Source: Eledone cirrhosa (Eukaryota). From it: DNA of 64,000 bases. This document shows, piece by piece, positions 1 through 13,831 of the stretch. Position numbers and translations under genes: made by a program. How positions within the stretch are numbered: position 1 is the first letter of the stretch; every line of letters begins with the position of its first letter. The notes beneath the pieces are model-generated. The model worked only from the letters and a program-made list of their open reading frames with translations. It made no database searches and was not told where the DNA came from. Location: NCBI GenBank assembly GCA_964016885.1, contig OZ024743.1:97092001-97156000 (forward strand), in the 5' to 3' direction.

Positions 1-36
1 TCGAACATTTAAACATCCTACTCTTAATACGGCCAC
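1..36 (-). pseudogene. Start of LINE ORF2 (APE endonuclease N-terminus), running off the window edge
   Basis: Minus strand reads GTG GCC GTA TTA AGA GTA GGA TGT TTA AAT GTT CGA = (V/M)AVLRVGCLNVR, matching the 'xxxxxxNVRG' APE start motif; it lies just downstream of the ORF1-like region. Confidence 0.6.
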
Positions 37-99
37 GTTGGCAGGTTAAACAGAGAGAGAGAAAGGTTTCCTTATCTTCCGGGCTCTTGTGAAGGTCGG

Positions 100-2100
100 G
101 TTGTTCGACCTCCATAGTTGGTGGAGTTTCTTTTGGGAACCCCTTTTAAAGTCTTGAAGTGAGTTTTACGTTCGGGGTTCCCACGTCCCGAGGAAAGCTG
201 TCTCGTATTTCTTTGAATATGCCGAGCGACATTCGCACCAGAACCAAATCTTCCAGCACGCGAAATGTGCTCGATTTAAACATTTCCCCCTCTTTTTGTA
301 TATTTTCACTTCGTGCTACGAGGGCCATCAGTTCCTTGTTGGCCCTCCTGACGAGCACGAAGTTTTGTATGTTTTGTTGGTGTGATTTTATTAGTTTGCA
401 TGGCTGTGGTGGTGATGGTTTTGGTGGTGTTTCGGTTCTATCTGTGTTTGTTGTGAGTGCGGTGTCTATGGTTTCAGATGTTTTTGTGTATATTTGTTCT
501 TGCGTCTGTTTCGGTTGTTTGCGTTTGGGGGATTCTGGTGATGGTGATGGTGGTGTTGATGTTGGTGTTATTAGAGAGATGTTTGCGTGGGTGGTGTCTG
601 CGTTTTTTATTGTGGGTGCTTTTGTGCTTTGTTGAGTTTTCTTTTTCTTTTTGTGTTTCCTTTTTTGTATTTTGGGAGATTTTGGTTTCCCCTCATCTTC
701 ACTACTGGTAGATGAGGGGTCTGTGTCTGTAAGTGTGTCTGTATGTATGTTTATGGTTTTATTGGTGTGTGTATTTTTTTTTGGGGGGGGGGGGAATTTG
801 ACAGCTTTCCTCGTTTCCTCCCTGGGTGGTCAATTTTGGTGGTGGTCTTTCTATTGGTGTTGTTGTTGGTGGTTTTGCCGGTGCTGGTGTTGGTTGTGGT
901 CCTCGCCCCGGCGTCGGCAGCAGTGGAGCCTTTCTACCCCTTGCCTCTTTCAGCAGTTGAGGGCAGAAGGCTCGCAAATGGGTTTTTTCCCCACAAACAA
1001 AACAATGCGGCCTTTTGCCTTCGGTCATAATGTGAATGACCGTCCCATTCTGAAGGCGGATGTGGTCCGGGATTGTCTTCACATTCTCGGGCCTGAACTG
1101 GAGAAGGGGATCTCCAGGTCAACCCCGGACCAGTCCTCTCTGGCCGTTCTGATCACTTCTATAGGGACGGTATCCGTCCCCTCCACAATCACACATCCCA
1201 GAAGCCACCACATGTCAAGTCCCGGTGGGATTCTGGGAATGCGGAGACGGGCCGTTCCTTTTCCAATGTGGGAGGGGTATATTATGACCTTGCTGGTTTT
1301 GCAAGGAGTCATAGCGTGTTTCATAGCGAGGGCTTCTGACTTGAACAACACCGAAATGGTGCCGTACTGTCTGCTCCTCTCTATGTACTGGGTGTCTTCT
1401 CTGATGCACCTCAGCGCGACTTCGACATCTTCTTGTGGGATTAAAGCTGCCCTTTTGGTTTGTGCTGAGATGCATCTATAATGCACCGTTCTGCGCTCCA
1501 CTGCCTCAATAGCTTCTACCGGGACAGTTAAGTTGGCCCAGGTTTGTTCTTGCTTGATGAGCTTCCATGCCTGGGCCAACTTTTCATCTTTGTTTGAGAG
1601 ATCCATGTTGAAGCATGGCCTCTTTTTTGCTGCTGCCGCAGCGAATGTGTTCTTCTTGTTTTCGTTGGGGGTGTTGTTGTCTTTGTTCTTGTTGGTGTTG
1701 TTGTTAGCACTGTCGCTGTAATCATTGTTGTCTTTGTTGCCACGGTTGTTCTCGGTGCAGTTGGTATTGTTGCTGTTGGTGTTGTCGCTATTTGTTTTCA
1801 TGTTAGTGGTGTTGATATTGTTGTTGCATTTGTTATTTTTTTTTTTTTGTTATCTGTATTTTCGTTGTCGCTGTTACTGTCATTTTTTTCAAAATTAGAG
1901 TTCTCATTGGTATCATTGGTGTCTTTGTTTACATCGTTTGTGGTGGTGTTTGTGTTATCAATGTGTGTTAATTTCGCTGTAGCGCTCCTCACGACAGCAG
2001 ACATATCGCTGGGGGGCGTGGCTCAGCCATGTTTTTTTTTTTTCTCCGTAAATTTTTTAACATGTAAAAAAAGTTCAAATATTTGGGCCAAAAGGCCCAA
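100..2100 (-). mobile_element. Frameshifted gag-like ORF1 of a Tx1/L1-type non-LTR retrotransposon
   Basis: ORF 1079-1801 (N/T/K-rich start, then FAAAAAKK) frameshifts into ORF 759-1082, which has the CCHC knuckle CFVCGEKTHLRAFC and a Pro-rich linker; followed by the APE-like start at 36-1. Confidence 0.7.
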
Positions 2101-2260
2101 ATATTATACTTTCCCCCTCACGAGGCAAAGTCTAAGGGCTTATATCCCTTACACAACAAGAAATATTTAACAACAAATAATTTTAACAGGCAAATAAAGC
2201 GACTTACTGGGAGCGAGCAAAATACATCCACTTAGACCAATAATAATAATAATAATAATA

Positions 2261-3910
2261 CGGGTAGAGAATCCTTGGAAGGCGTGAAGTTCAAGAGAGG
2301 TATCTTCCAGAGAGATAGTTTGTCCCCTCCGCTGTTTGTCCTTGCCCTGATACCCCTGACCATTATATTGCGAAAAGTGAGAGCAGGATACAATTTGGGA
2401 AAAAAACCACCTCCTCTTCATGGACGATCTTAAACTCTTTGGGAAGAGTGAGAAGGAGTTGGATGTACTTGTTGACACTGTCCGTATTTTTTGCAATGAT
2501 ATATGTATGGAATTTGGTATTAATAAGTGATGAAGAGGGGTAAATTGAGCAGAAGCAACAGAATCCAGGTACCAACAGGTGAGATGATAAAGGAAATTGA
2601 CACTGAAGAAGGATACAAATATTTAGGTGTTCTGGAAGCAGATGACATCAAGAACAAAAAAAAGGAAATAATTGATAAGATCTGAATACATAAGGAGAGT
2701 AAGGAGCGTATTAAAATCACATCTAAATAGTAGCAATGTCATAAGTATAGTAAATTCCCGAGCTGCCTCTACTATTAGGTACAGTGCGGGAATTCTAAAA
2801 TGGAATGTTGCTGAACAAAAAGAAATGGATAGGAAGACTAGGAAGCTATTGACTATCTACAACACGTTCCACAAGAGGAGTGATGTCGATAGACTCTACT
2901 TAAAGAGATCTGAAAGTGGAAGAGGTCTTATCAGCATACAGGACAGTGTTCAGATGAAGAAAAACAACCTGCACAAATACGTGACTGACAGTAGGGAGCC
3001 AATGCTCAAAATTGTACTGAAGGAGAAGACCATAGACCAGGGCATGTCGAAGGAGGAAATAACAACAAGGAGGAAGAGCAACATTCAGGAAAAATCCCTT
3101 CTTTAAGAAAACTGAATTTAGAGATGCACAGACATGGAACTGATTAAAAAGAGAGACCTTAAAAAGGCTACAGAAGGAATGCTAATGGCTGTGCAAGAGC
3201 AAGCCCTCAGAACGAAGTGGCTGAAACACCATATTTACAAGGCGGAGGCTAGCGCACTGTGTAGGATCTGTGGAGAGAGAGAGGAGACTGAGGCTCACAT
3301 TGTATCCGAGTGTAAACACCTAGCCCAGACTCACTATAAAGGCTGGAGACATAATGTGATAGGCTGAGTGATCCACTGGTATCTATGCAAAGTAAACAAT
3401 TTACCACATTCTGAGAAGTGGTATGAGCATAAGCCAGAGTCGGTGATAGAAAACGATCAGGTGAAGGTGCTATGGGATTTTAGGATACAGATGGACAAGA
3501 AATTAGAACACAATAGGCCTGACCTGGTGGTTTTGGACAAGGAAAAAAGATCGTGTCTGATTGTAGATGTAGCCTGCCCATTTGACACGAGAGTACAAGA
3601 AAGGAGAGGGAGAAAATTAACCGGTACCAGAATTTAAAGGGGGAGTTAAAAAGGATTTGGAACTGCCATGAAATCAAGGTCGTCCCGATTATTATAGGCG
3701 CACTAGGTACTATCTCAAAGAGTTTCCAAGGATGGTTAAAGAAGATTAGTCCAGCCCCGCTTTTTGGAACACTTCAAAAGGCATGCTTGCTGGGAACAGC
3801 AAGAACCCTCCGATACGTCCTGAACATCTGAGGCTGCAGGAAGCGGCTTGATATTCATTACAACAAACTTTCCAGTTAAATAACATCAATGACTGAGACT
3901 CAAAGAACAA
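2261..3910 (+). mobile_element. 5'-truncated, decayed R4/Dong-clade (RLE) non-LTR retrotransposon
   Basis: RT motifs RGIFQRDSLSP, HLLFMDDLKLF and YKYLG; CCHC CRICGEREETEAHIVSEC; RHN; RPDLVVLDKEKRSCLIVDVACP restriction-like endonuclease; several stops and frameshifts; flanked by (TAA)n on both sides. Confidence 0.9.
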
Positions 3911-5180
3911 TAATATCAACAACAATAATAATAATATTAGTAATAAGAATAACAGTAATATATATTTTTGTTGTAGCAGGAAAGATATGGTTTTTGTTAG
4001 GCTAAAGTATAGCAGTTAGAGGTTTAGTTTTAATGTAATGGTTTGTTAAGTGTGCGAGAAGCGAATGTTTGTGGAATTAGTCGTAACGTCTTCGATAACA
4101 TTCTTACATGTTTTTATTCACAACTAATCACAAAGCTTGAGCTGGCATGCCAAACAAAAGAACTAACAAATGAAGAGTTAAGAAGTGGCGTTGTGTCAGG
4201 CCCAAAGAGGCCGACAGGCCAAAGTGAAAATCTCACCATTACATAATAGTGTCTTTTCCTTTCAAAGTCCAAGCAGCAAGAGAGAGTATATACGAAAGAA
4301 GCGGGAAAATCTTTGTTTGGGCGGAAGTTGATAATATATATTCGTGTGCGGCTCACGATTGGCCTGACCTGGCCAAATAACGCATGAATAGTTTATAAAT
4401 ACGCCAAGGCAAGTAGCTTGCTACAAGACGACTATTGTCCTTTCTTGCAACCAGGTTTGATTTGCTAGTATGTACCATGCTTTAGCTAAGAGGTTTTGGT
4501 TCCTATTCAGTCTCCTGCTGATCAAGACATTATGTTAACCTTGGGCTAGTATTTTATTTATCGATTCCGAAAGGATGGAAGACTAAATGAAACCTACTGG
4601 AATTCGAACTCAGAGCGCTGGAATTCGAAACAATATCTAACACTCTAATGGCTGCTTAATTAACCACCGATATTTTAGCATAACTTCTAAAGTACTCACC
4701 ATTTTAACAACCAAATAAACCGTTATTAAAACACGATTCAAGTTCTGATATAACATTTCAAAAATGCTAATCAATGTACATCTATGTGGTCACTCAATTT
4801 GCTAGAAATAACAGCTAAATATCTCCAACAACTTACTCTTTATTATCTTAACCCTTTAGCATTTAAACCAGCCCTATCTGGCCAGAATTCTCTCATCTTT
4901 CTGTTCAAACTGGCCGTAACCAGCTGCTCATACTGATGTTAAGGTATTGTTTCAAAATATAATATCAAAATCTCATAGCTTCGATATTATGCGAGATAAT
5001 TATGTGAGGTAAAGTCTTTATCATGAAAATACAATAGTATATATAGAGTAATGTAAATGCTAGAGGGTTAAACGAGGAAACTCAAGTTCAATAGTGTAGT
5101 CTTTGAAAATAATATAATGGTTGGGACTGGAATGCATTTGATCATAGATGTGAGGGAACAATGCCGACCTGAGATTAAAC

Positions 5181-5192
5181 ACTACTACTACA

Positions 5193-5273
<81 letters not shown>

Positions 5274-5277
5274 CCTG

Positions 5278-5350
<73 letters not shown>
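5181..5350. repeat. (TAC)n/(TGC)n microsatellite
   Basis: Direct reading. Confidence 0.95.
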
Positions 5351-5433
5351 CATCACCACCAAGTAATATTTCACCTCTCCCTTTGCAACCATCTGATAGA
5401 AAGAGATATTCTGATTCTCTTTAATGGCCTTTC

Positions 5434-8400
5434 TAGTGGCAGTCAGTGCAACACCCACTCAGCTATGTAGTAGCAGTCCGACAGTGCGACTCCCCACTCA
5501 GCTATGTAGTAGCAGTCCGACAGTGCGACACCTCACTCAGCTATGTAGTGGCAGTCCGACAGTGCAGCACCCCACTCAGCTATGTAGTGGAAGTCCGACA
5601 GTGCGACACCCCACTCAGCTAAGTAATAGCAGTCCGACAGTGCGACTCCCCACTCAGCTATGTAGTAGCAGTCTGACAGTGCGACACCCCACTCAGCTAT
5701 GTAGTAGCAGTCCGAGAGTGCGACACCCCACTCAGCTATGTAGTGGCAGTCCGACAGTGCGAATCCCACTCAGCTATGGAGTGGAAGTCCGACAGTGCGA
5801 CACCCCACTCAGCTAAGTAGTAGCAGTCCGACAGTGCGACACCCCACTCAGCTATGTAGTGGCAGTCCGACATGCGACACCCCACTGAGCTATGTAGTAG
5901 CAGTCCGACAGTGCCACACCCCACTCAGCTATTTAGTAGCAGTCCGACAGTGCGACACCCCACTCAGCTATGTAGTGGCAGTCCGACAGCGTGACACCCC
6001 ACTCAGCTATGTAGTAGCAGTCCGACAGTGCGACACCCCACTCAGCCATGTAGTAGCAGTCCGACAGTGCGACACCCCACTCAGCTATGTAGTAGCAGTC
6101 CGACAGTACGACACCCCACTCAGCTATGTAGTTGCAGTCCGACAGTACAACAGCCCACTCAGCTATGTAGTAGCAGTCCGACAGTGCGACACCCAACTGA
6201 GCTATGTATTAGCAGTCCGACAGTGCGACACCCCACTCAGTTATGTAATAGCAGTCCGACAGTGCGACACCCCACTCAGCTATGTAGTGGCAGTCCGACA
6301 GTGCGACACCCCACTCAGCTTTGTAGTGGCAGTCCGACAGTGCGACACCCCACTGAGCTATGTAGTAGCAGTCCGACTTTGCGACACCCCACTCAGCTAT
6401 GTAGTGGCAGTCCGACAGTGCGACACTCCACTGAGCTATGTAGTAGCAGTCCGACAGTGCGACACCCCACTCAGCTATGTTGTGGAAGTCCGACAGTGCG
6501 ACACCCCACTCAGCTAAGTAGTAGCAGTCCGACAGTGCGACACCCAACTGAGCTATGTATTAGCAGTCCGACAGTGCGACACCCCACTCAGTTATGTAGT
6601 AGCAGTCCGACAGTGCGACACCCCACTCAGCTATGTAGTGGCAGTCCGACAGTGCGACACCCCACTGAGCTATGTAGTAGCAGTCCGACAGTGCGACACC
6701 CCACTCAGCTATGTAGTAGCAGTCCGACAGTGCGACACCCCACTCAGCTATGTAGTAGCAGTCCGATAGTGCGACACCCCACTCAGCTATGTAGTAGCAG
6801 TCCGACAGTGCGACACCCCACTCAGCTATGTAGTAGCAGTCCGACAGTGCGACACCCCACTCAGCTATGTAGTGGCAGTCCGACAGTGTGACTCCCCACT
6901 CAGCTATGTAGTGGCAGTCCGACAGTGTGACTCCCCACTCAGCTATGTAGTGGCAGTCCGACAGTGCGACACCCCACTCAGCTATGTAGTAGCAGTCCGA
7001 CAGTGCAACACCCCACTCAGCTATGTAGTAGCAGTCCGACAGTGCGACAGCCCATTCAGCTATGTAGTAGCAGTCCGACAGTGCGACACCCCACTCAGCT
7101 ATGTAGTAGCAGTCCGACAGTGAGACACCCCACTCACCTATGTAGTAGCAGTCCGACAGTGCGACACCCCACTCAGCTATGTAGTAGCAGTCCGACAGTG
7201 CGACACCCCGCTCAGCTATGTAGTAGCAGTCCGACAGTGCGACACCCCACTCAGCTATGTAGTAGCAGTCCGACAGTGCGACACCCCACTCAGCTATGTA
7301 GTAGCAGTCCGACAGTGCGACACCCCACTCAGCTATGTAGTAGCAGTCCGACAGTGCGACACCCCACTCAGCTATGTAGTAGCAGTCCAACAGTACGACA
7401 CCCCGCTCAGCTATGTAGTGGCAGTCCGACAGTGCAACACCCCACTCAGCTATGTAGTATCAGTCCGACAGTGCGACACCCCACTCAGCTATGTAGTAGC
7501 AGTCCGACAGTGCGACACCCCACTCAGCTATGTTGTAGCAGTCCGACAGTGCGACACCCCACTCAGCTATGTAGTAGCAGTCCGACAGTGCGACACCCCA
7601 CTTAGCTATGTAGTAGCAGTCCGACAGTGCGACACCCCACTCAGCTATGTAGTAGCAGTCCGACAGTGCGACACCCCACTGAGCTATGTAGTAGCAGTCC
7701 GACAGTGCGACACCCCATTCAGCTATGTAGTAGCAGTCCGACAGTGCGACACCCCACTCAGCTATGTAGTAGCAGTCCGACAGTGCGACACCCCACTCAG
7801 CTATGTAGTAGCAGTCCGATAGTGCGACACCCCACTCAGCTATGTAGTAGCAGTCCGACAGTGCGACACCCCACTCAGCTATGTAGTAGCAGTCCGACAG
7901 TGCGACACCCCACTCAGCTATGTAGTGGCAGTCCGACAGTGTGACTCCCCACTCAGCTATGTAGTGGCAGTCCGACAGTGTGACTCCCCACTCAGCTATG
8001 TAGTGGCAGTCCGACAGTGCGACACCCCACTCAGCTATGTAGTAGCAGTCCGACAGTGCAACACCCCACTCAGCTATGTAGTAGCAGTCCGACAGTGCGA
8101 CAGCCCATTCAGCTATGTAGTAGCAGTCCGACAGTGCGACACCGCACTCAGCTATGTAGTAGCAGTCCGACAGTGAGACACCCCACTCACCTATGTAGTA
8201 GCAGTCCGACAGTGCGACACCCCACTCAGCTATGTAGTAGCAGTCCGACAGTGCGACACCCCGCTCAGCTATGTAGTAGCAGTCCGACAGTGCGACACCC
8301 CACTCAGCTATGTAGTAGCAGTCCGACAGTGCGACACCCCACTCAGCTATGTAGTAGCAGTCCGACAGTGCGACACCCCACTCAGCTATGTAGTAGCAGT

Positions 8401-11065
8401 CCGACAGTGCGACACCCCACTCAGCTATGTAGTAGCAGTCCAACAGTACGACACCCCGCTCAGCTATGTAGTGGCAGTCCGACAGTGCAACACCCCACTC
8501 AGCTATGTAGTATCAGTCCGACAGTGCGACACCCCACTCAGCTATGTAGTAGCAGTCCGACAGTGCGACACCCCACTCAGCTATGTTGTAGCAGTCCGAC
8601 AGTGCGACACCCCACTCAGCTATGTAGTAGCAGTCCGACAGTGCGACACCCCACTTAGCTATGTAGTAGCAGTCCGACAGTGCGACACCCCACTCAGCTA
8701 TGTAGTAGCAGTCCGACAGTGCGACACCCCACTCAGCTATGTAGTAGCAGTCCGACAGTGCGACACCCCACTCAGCTATGTAGTAGCAGTCCGACAGTGC
8801 GACACCCCACTCAGCTATGTAGTAGCATTCCGACAGTGCGACACCCCACTGAGCTATGTAGTAGCAGTCCGACAGTGCGACACCCCACTCAGCTATGTAG
8901 TGGCAGTCCGACAGTGTGACTCCCCACTCAGCTATGTAGTGGCAGTCCGACAGTGTGACTCCCCACTCAGCTATGTAGTGGCAGTCCGACAGTGCGACTC
9001 CCCACTCAGCTATGTAGTGGCAGTCCGACAGTGCGACACCCCACTCAGCTATGTAGTAGCAGTCCGACAGTGCAACACCCCACTCAGCTATGTAGTAGCA
9101 GTCCGACAGTGCGACACCCCATTCAGCTATGTAGTAGCAGTCCGACAGTGCGACACCCCACTCAGCTATGTAGTAGCAGTCCGACAGTGCGATACCCCAC
9201 TCAGCTATGTAGTAGCAGTCCGACAGTGCGACACCCCACTCAGCTATGTAGTAGCAGTCCGACAGTGCGACACCCCGCTCAGCTATGTAGTAGCAGTCCG
9301 ACAGTGCGACACCCCACTCAGCTATGTAGTAGCAGTCCGACAGTGCGACACCCCACTCAGCTATGTAGTGGCAGTCCGACAGTGTGACTCCCCACTCAGC
9401 TATGTAGTGGCAGTCCGACAGTGTGACTCCCCACTCAGCTATGTAGTGGCAGTCCGACAGTGCGTATCCCCACTCAGCTATGTAGTGGCAGTCCGACAGT
9501 GCGACACCCCACTCAGCTATGTAGTAGCAGTCCGACAGTGCAACACCCCACTCAGCTATGTAGTAGCAGTCCGACAGTGCGACACCCCATTCAGCTATGT
9601 AGTAGCAGTCCGACAGTGCGACACCCCACTCAGCTATGTAGTAGCAGTCCGACAGTGAGACACCCCACTCAGCTATGTAGTAGCAGTCCGACAGTGCGAC
9701 ACCCCACTCAGCTATGTAGTAGCAGTCCGACAGTGCGACACCCCGCTCAGCTATGTAGTAGCAGTCCGACAGTGCGACACCCCACTCAGCTATGTAGTAG
9801 CAGTCCGACAGTGCGACACCCCACTCAGCTATGTTGTAGCAGTCCGACAGTGCGACACCCCACTCAGCTATGTAGTAGCAGTCCGACAGTGCGACACCCC
9901 ACTCAGCTATGTAGTAGCAGTCCAACAGTGCGACACCCCGCTCAGCTATGTAGTAGCAGTCCGATAGTGCGACACCCCACTCAGCTATGTAGTATCAGTC
10001 CGACAGTGCGACACCCCACTCAGCTATGTAGTAGCAGTCCGACAGTGCGACACCCCACTCAGCTATGTTGTAGCAGTCCGACAGTGCGACACCCCACTCA
10101 GCTATGTAGTAGCAGTCCGACAGTGCGACACCCCACTTAGCTATGTAGTAGCAGTCCGACAGTGCGACACCCCACTCAGCTATGTAGTAGCAGTCCGACA
10201 GTGCGACACCCCACTCAGCTAAGTAGTAGCAGTCCGACAGTGCGACACCCCACTCAGCTATGTAGTAGCAGTCCGACAGTGCGACACCCCACTCAGCTAT
10301 GTAGTAGCAGTCCGACAGTGCGACACCCCACTGAGCTATGTAGTAGCAGTCCGACAGTGCGACACCCCACTCAGCTATGTAGTAGCATTCCGACAGTGCG
10401 ACACCCCACTGAGCTATGTAGTAGCCGTCCGACAGTGCGACACCCCACTCAGCTATGTAGTGGCAGTCCGACAGTGTGACTCCCCACTCAGCTATGTAGT
10501 GGCAGTCCGACAGTGTGACTCCCCACTCAGCTATGTAGTGGCAGTCCGACAGTGCGACTCCCCACTCAGCTATGTAGTGGCAGTCCGACAGTGCGACACC
10601 CCACTCAGCTATGTAGTAGCAGTCCGACAGTGCGACACCCCATTCAGCTATGTAGTAGCAGTCCGACAATGCGACACCCCACTCAGCTATGTAGTAGCAG
10701 TCCGACAGTGCGACACCCCACTCAGCTATGTAGTAGCAGTCCGACAGTGCGACACCCCACTCAGCTATGTAGTAGCAGTCCGACAGTGCGACACCCCGCT
10801 CAGCTATGTAGTAGCAGTCCGACAGTGCGACACCCCACTCAGCTATGTAGTAGCAGTCCGACAGTGCGACACCCCACTCAGCTATGTAGTAGCAGTCCGA
10901 CAGTGCGACACCCCACTCAGCTATGTAGTAGCAGTCCGACAGTGCGACACCCCACTCAGCTATGTAGTAGCAGTCCGACAGTGCGACACACCACTCAGCT
11001 ATGTAGTAGCAGTCCGACAGTGCGACACCCCACTCAGCTATGTAGTAGCAGTCCGACAGTGCGAC
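5434..11065. repeat. 39-bp tandem satellite, about 144 units (CAGTGCGACACCCCACTCAGCTATGTAGTAGCAGTCCGA), with a 1053-bp higher-order repeat
   Basis: Unit visible directly; matching ORF-track variants recur at an offset of 1053 = 27 x 39 (6872/7925, 6964/8017, 7418/8471). Confidence 0.97.
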
Positions 11066-11454
11066 AACAATTACATCATCTATAACGAAATTAAACTTTA
11101 AAACAAACGTGTTTGAAAATTTTTTCAAAAGAATACAAATGCTTTTGGAAATTGTCTTGTTTCGTTTTTTTTTTTAATTATTAAATGTCAGCACAAGATG
11201 TGTGTTAGGGATGGTATTTTGTTTATATTTGATTATAATTGATGGAGGTTGAGGGGGGGGGGGAGTAACAATAGCCACACACAGATGTGTTTATGTTGAA
11301 ATAAAGAGAAACCTTGATATATTAACATTTTCCATTGCTCTCATCGGAAAATGGCAAATACTAGGAAAACAAATGCCCGGATCAATTGTAAACACCAATT
11401 TCTAGATATTTGCTAGTCTTAGCCGGTAGCATGAAAATAAATGAGTGGATTGTG

Positions 11455-11660
11455 TGTTTTGGACCAACGTCGGTACCGACGATGAATGTTCCAGTTGTTC
11501 CAGAACAGCCTGCTTCGGAAATTAACGTGAAAATAGCTGAGCATTCCACAGACACGTGTACCATTACCATAGTTTTCAGTGAGATTCAGTGTGACAGTCT
11601 GTAACAAATTTGGACATTTGAATTACATGTACAACACATTTTTGCTGGAATAACGTTAAA
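11455..11660 (+). mobile_element. Old interspersed repeat/SINE fragment (related copies at about 19560-19740 +, 28730-28860 -, 53800-53935 -)
   Basis: Shared motif gctgagcattccacagacacgtgtacc...gagattcagtgtgac. Confidence 0.5.
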
Positions 11661-11874
11661 TAAAGTTTTTCTCCTAGGATACCACAACACGCTGATCTCA
11701 CGACCTTACTATAATGAACCCAACACAGTGACATAGCTAGAGTGTGTGCCGCCTAGTTTACCGCACCCGGGCCCCAACAAAAAATACATATTATTCAGTG
11801 ACTCACTCTTAAAGTTATCTATATATGTATTGAGTGCTCACCTGGGTGAACCTACAGTAACTGCACGTTACACT

Positions 11875-12246
<372 letters not shown>

Positions 12247-12561
12247 GAAGTATTTGATAAATAATGGAACGGAGTTAACGCGAACTGGCTGCGGTCAATT
12301 ATTTGTCGGAGATTTCCCAGTTAGAAAATTTTACTCTTAAAGCTTGCTGGATTTGATTATGTATATGGTTAATTATGCTGATTAAAGGAAGAAATAGTAT
12401 ATATTTTAATATCTGATTGATTCTATAGACGCGTTTTATGATGTAATGCTCTGATCTTTTGATTTTAACTTATTAATTCTTCATTGAGCTTGAAAGTGAA
12501 CAGTTGCAACACATATATGTATCATTGATTTAATTTAATTTAATTTTATGTATGTGATAAC

Positions 12562-12657
<96 letters not shown>

Positions 12658-12659
<2 letters not shown>

Positions 12660-13125
12660 TAGCTGAGGTATTCGGTAATACTCGGGAGCGGAGGTATTCC
12701 CAGATCCCATTAAAATGCCCAATGCCTCTCAGATCAAAAATGAAATCAAGATATAGGACAGATAATCAAAAGCGAAGACAAATTCATTTACGAAACAATA
12801 ATACAAACAAATATTGTTGATTGCATTGGTCAGGCGTGTCAGCGTGTCTTAATTTTATTAAAATTTGCTGAAATTATGTGAATAGGCATCATATCTTGTC
12901 ATTTACCTATGGTTTAAATTTCATACATATCGAAGGGAAAAAAATTAAGCGGGGGTTTTCAGCGGGGGTTTGAACCCCCGTGGAACCCTTTGATTAAAAT
13001 GAAATACACGTAAGAAATCAAACGGGCACGAGCCCCACACACGTGTCAAGTTGCATCAAGATCGGCTTGGTAGATTTTGATTTTAGCTTCACAAACAAAC
13101 AGACAGAAATTGGCATTTATGGATA
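12658..13125 (+). mobile_element. Non-autonomous Helitron/Helentron-like (Lep1/DINE-1-like) element
   Basis: Begins ACTAGC plus a small inverted repeat after (TA)n; ends ...aagttgcatcaagatcgg...acaaacaaacagacaga...tttatgga(TA)n, a layout typical of this class. Confidence 0.5.
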
Positions 13126-13204
13126 TATATATATATATATATATAAATAAAGTTAGTCCTTCATCAGTGATCTTCCAACCATCATTGGTATTTCATCGCT
13201 TTAA

Positions 13205-13299
<95 letters not shown>

Positions 13300-13300
<1 letters not shown>

Positions 13301-13350
13301 GATTCTACAGGACTAGAACTGTTTCATTCTTTAGAAATCATCAGGAATCT
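13300..13350 (-). ncRNA. Type I hammerhead ribozyme motif (GUA family)
   Basis: AGAUUC CUGAUGA UUUC-UAAA-GAAU GAAA CAG-UUCUAGUC-CUG UA/ GAAUCU: intact core, 6-bp stem I, 4-bp stem III. Confidence 0.75.
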
Positions 13351-13783
13351 AGCTTTCCAAAAATAAATGTAGTGGTATTTATATCTTTTCAGGTGGTAGG
13401 AGAGGGTGGGGAGTGGGATGGGTGGAGGTCATTGATTGAAAGAAAAGGGGACTCATTAAAAGCTAATTCTTTAAGTCCGTAGTTTATATTTAGAGTGACA
13501 AAGGCAGAAAGGATTCTATAAAAAGGTTCAGAATGGTGTGCCACTCCTAATTTTTAAGTTCTCTTAAGCTAAAAATGCCTATATTTCAGGTGTCTATAAG
13601 ATCGTTGGGAGTCGGTCATGGTTGATGGATTTAAAGAAAAGGGAAATTCTTTAAAAGCTAATTCTTTAAAGCTCTACTTAGAGTGACAAATGCCAAGAGA
13701 ATTCTATAAACTAGTTCAAAATATTGGGTGTCTATCATTATTGTTATATTTCTCTTAAGCTATATTCCAGGTGTCAACAGACA

Positions 13784-13831
<48 letters not shown>

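Noticed and set aside
159-1721. Plus-strand hydrophobic Cys/Trp-rich ORFs
   Set aside because: Antisense shadows of the low-complexity ORF1
5434-11065. CRISPR array or long Cys/Tyr-rich proteins
   Set aside because: Contiguous tandem units with no unique spacers and no cas genes; the ORFs arise because the unit length is a multiple of 3
12345-12490. Possible HHR in the 12345/14260 family (minus-strand AAAA CGCG TC)
   Set aside because: A convincing core and stems could not be assembled
13150-13200. Half hammerhead (minus-strand CTGATGAAGGACTA; a similar one at about 36645-36690)
   Set aside because: No GAAA/stem III half is present; recorded only as a possible truncated relative
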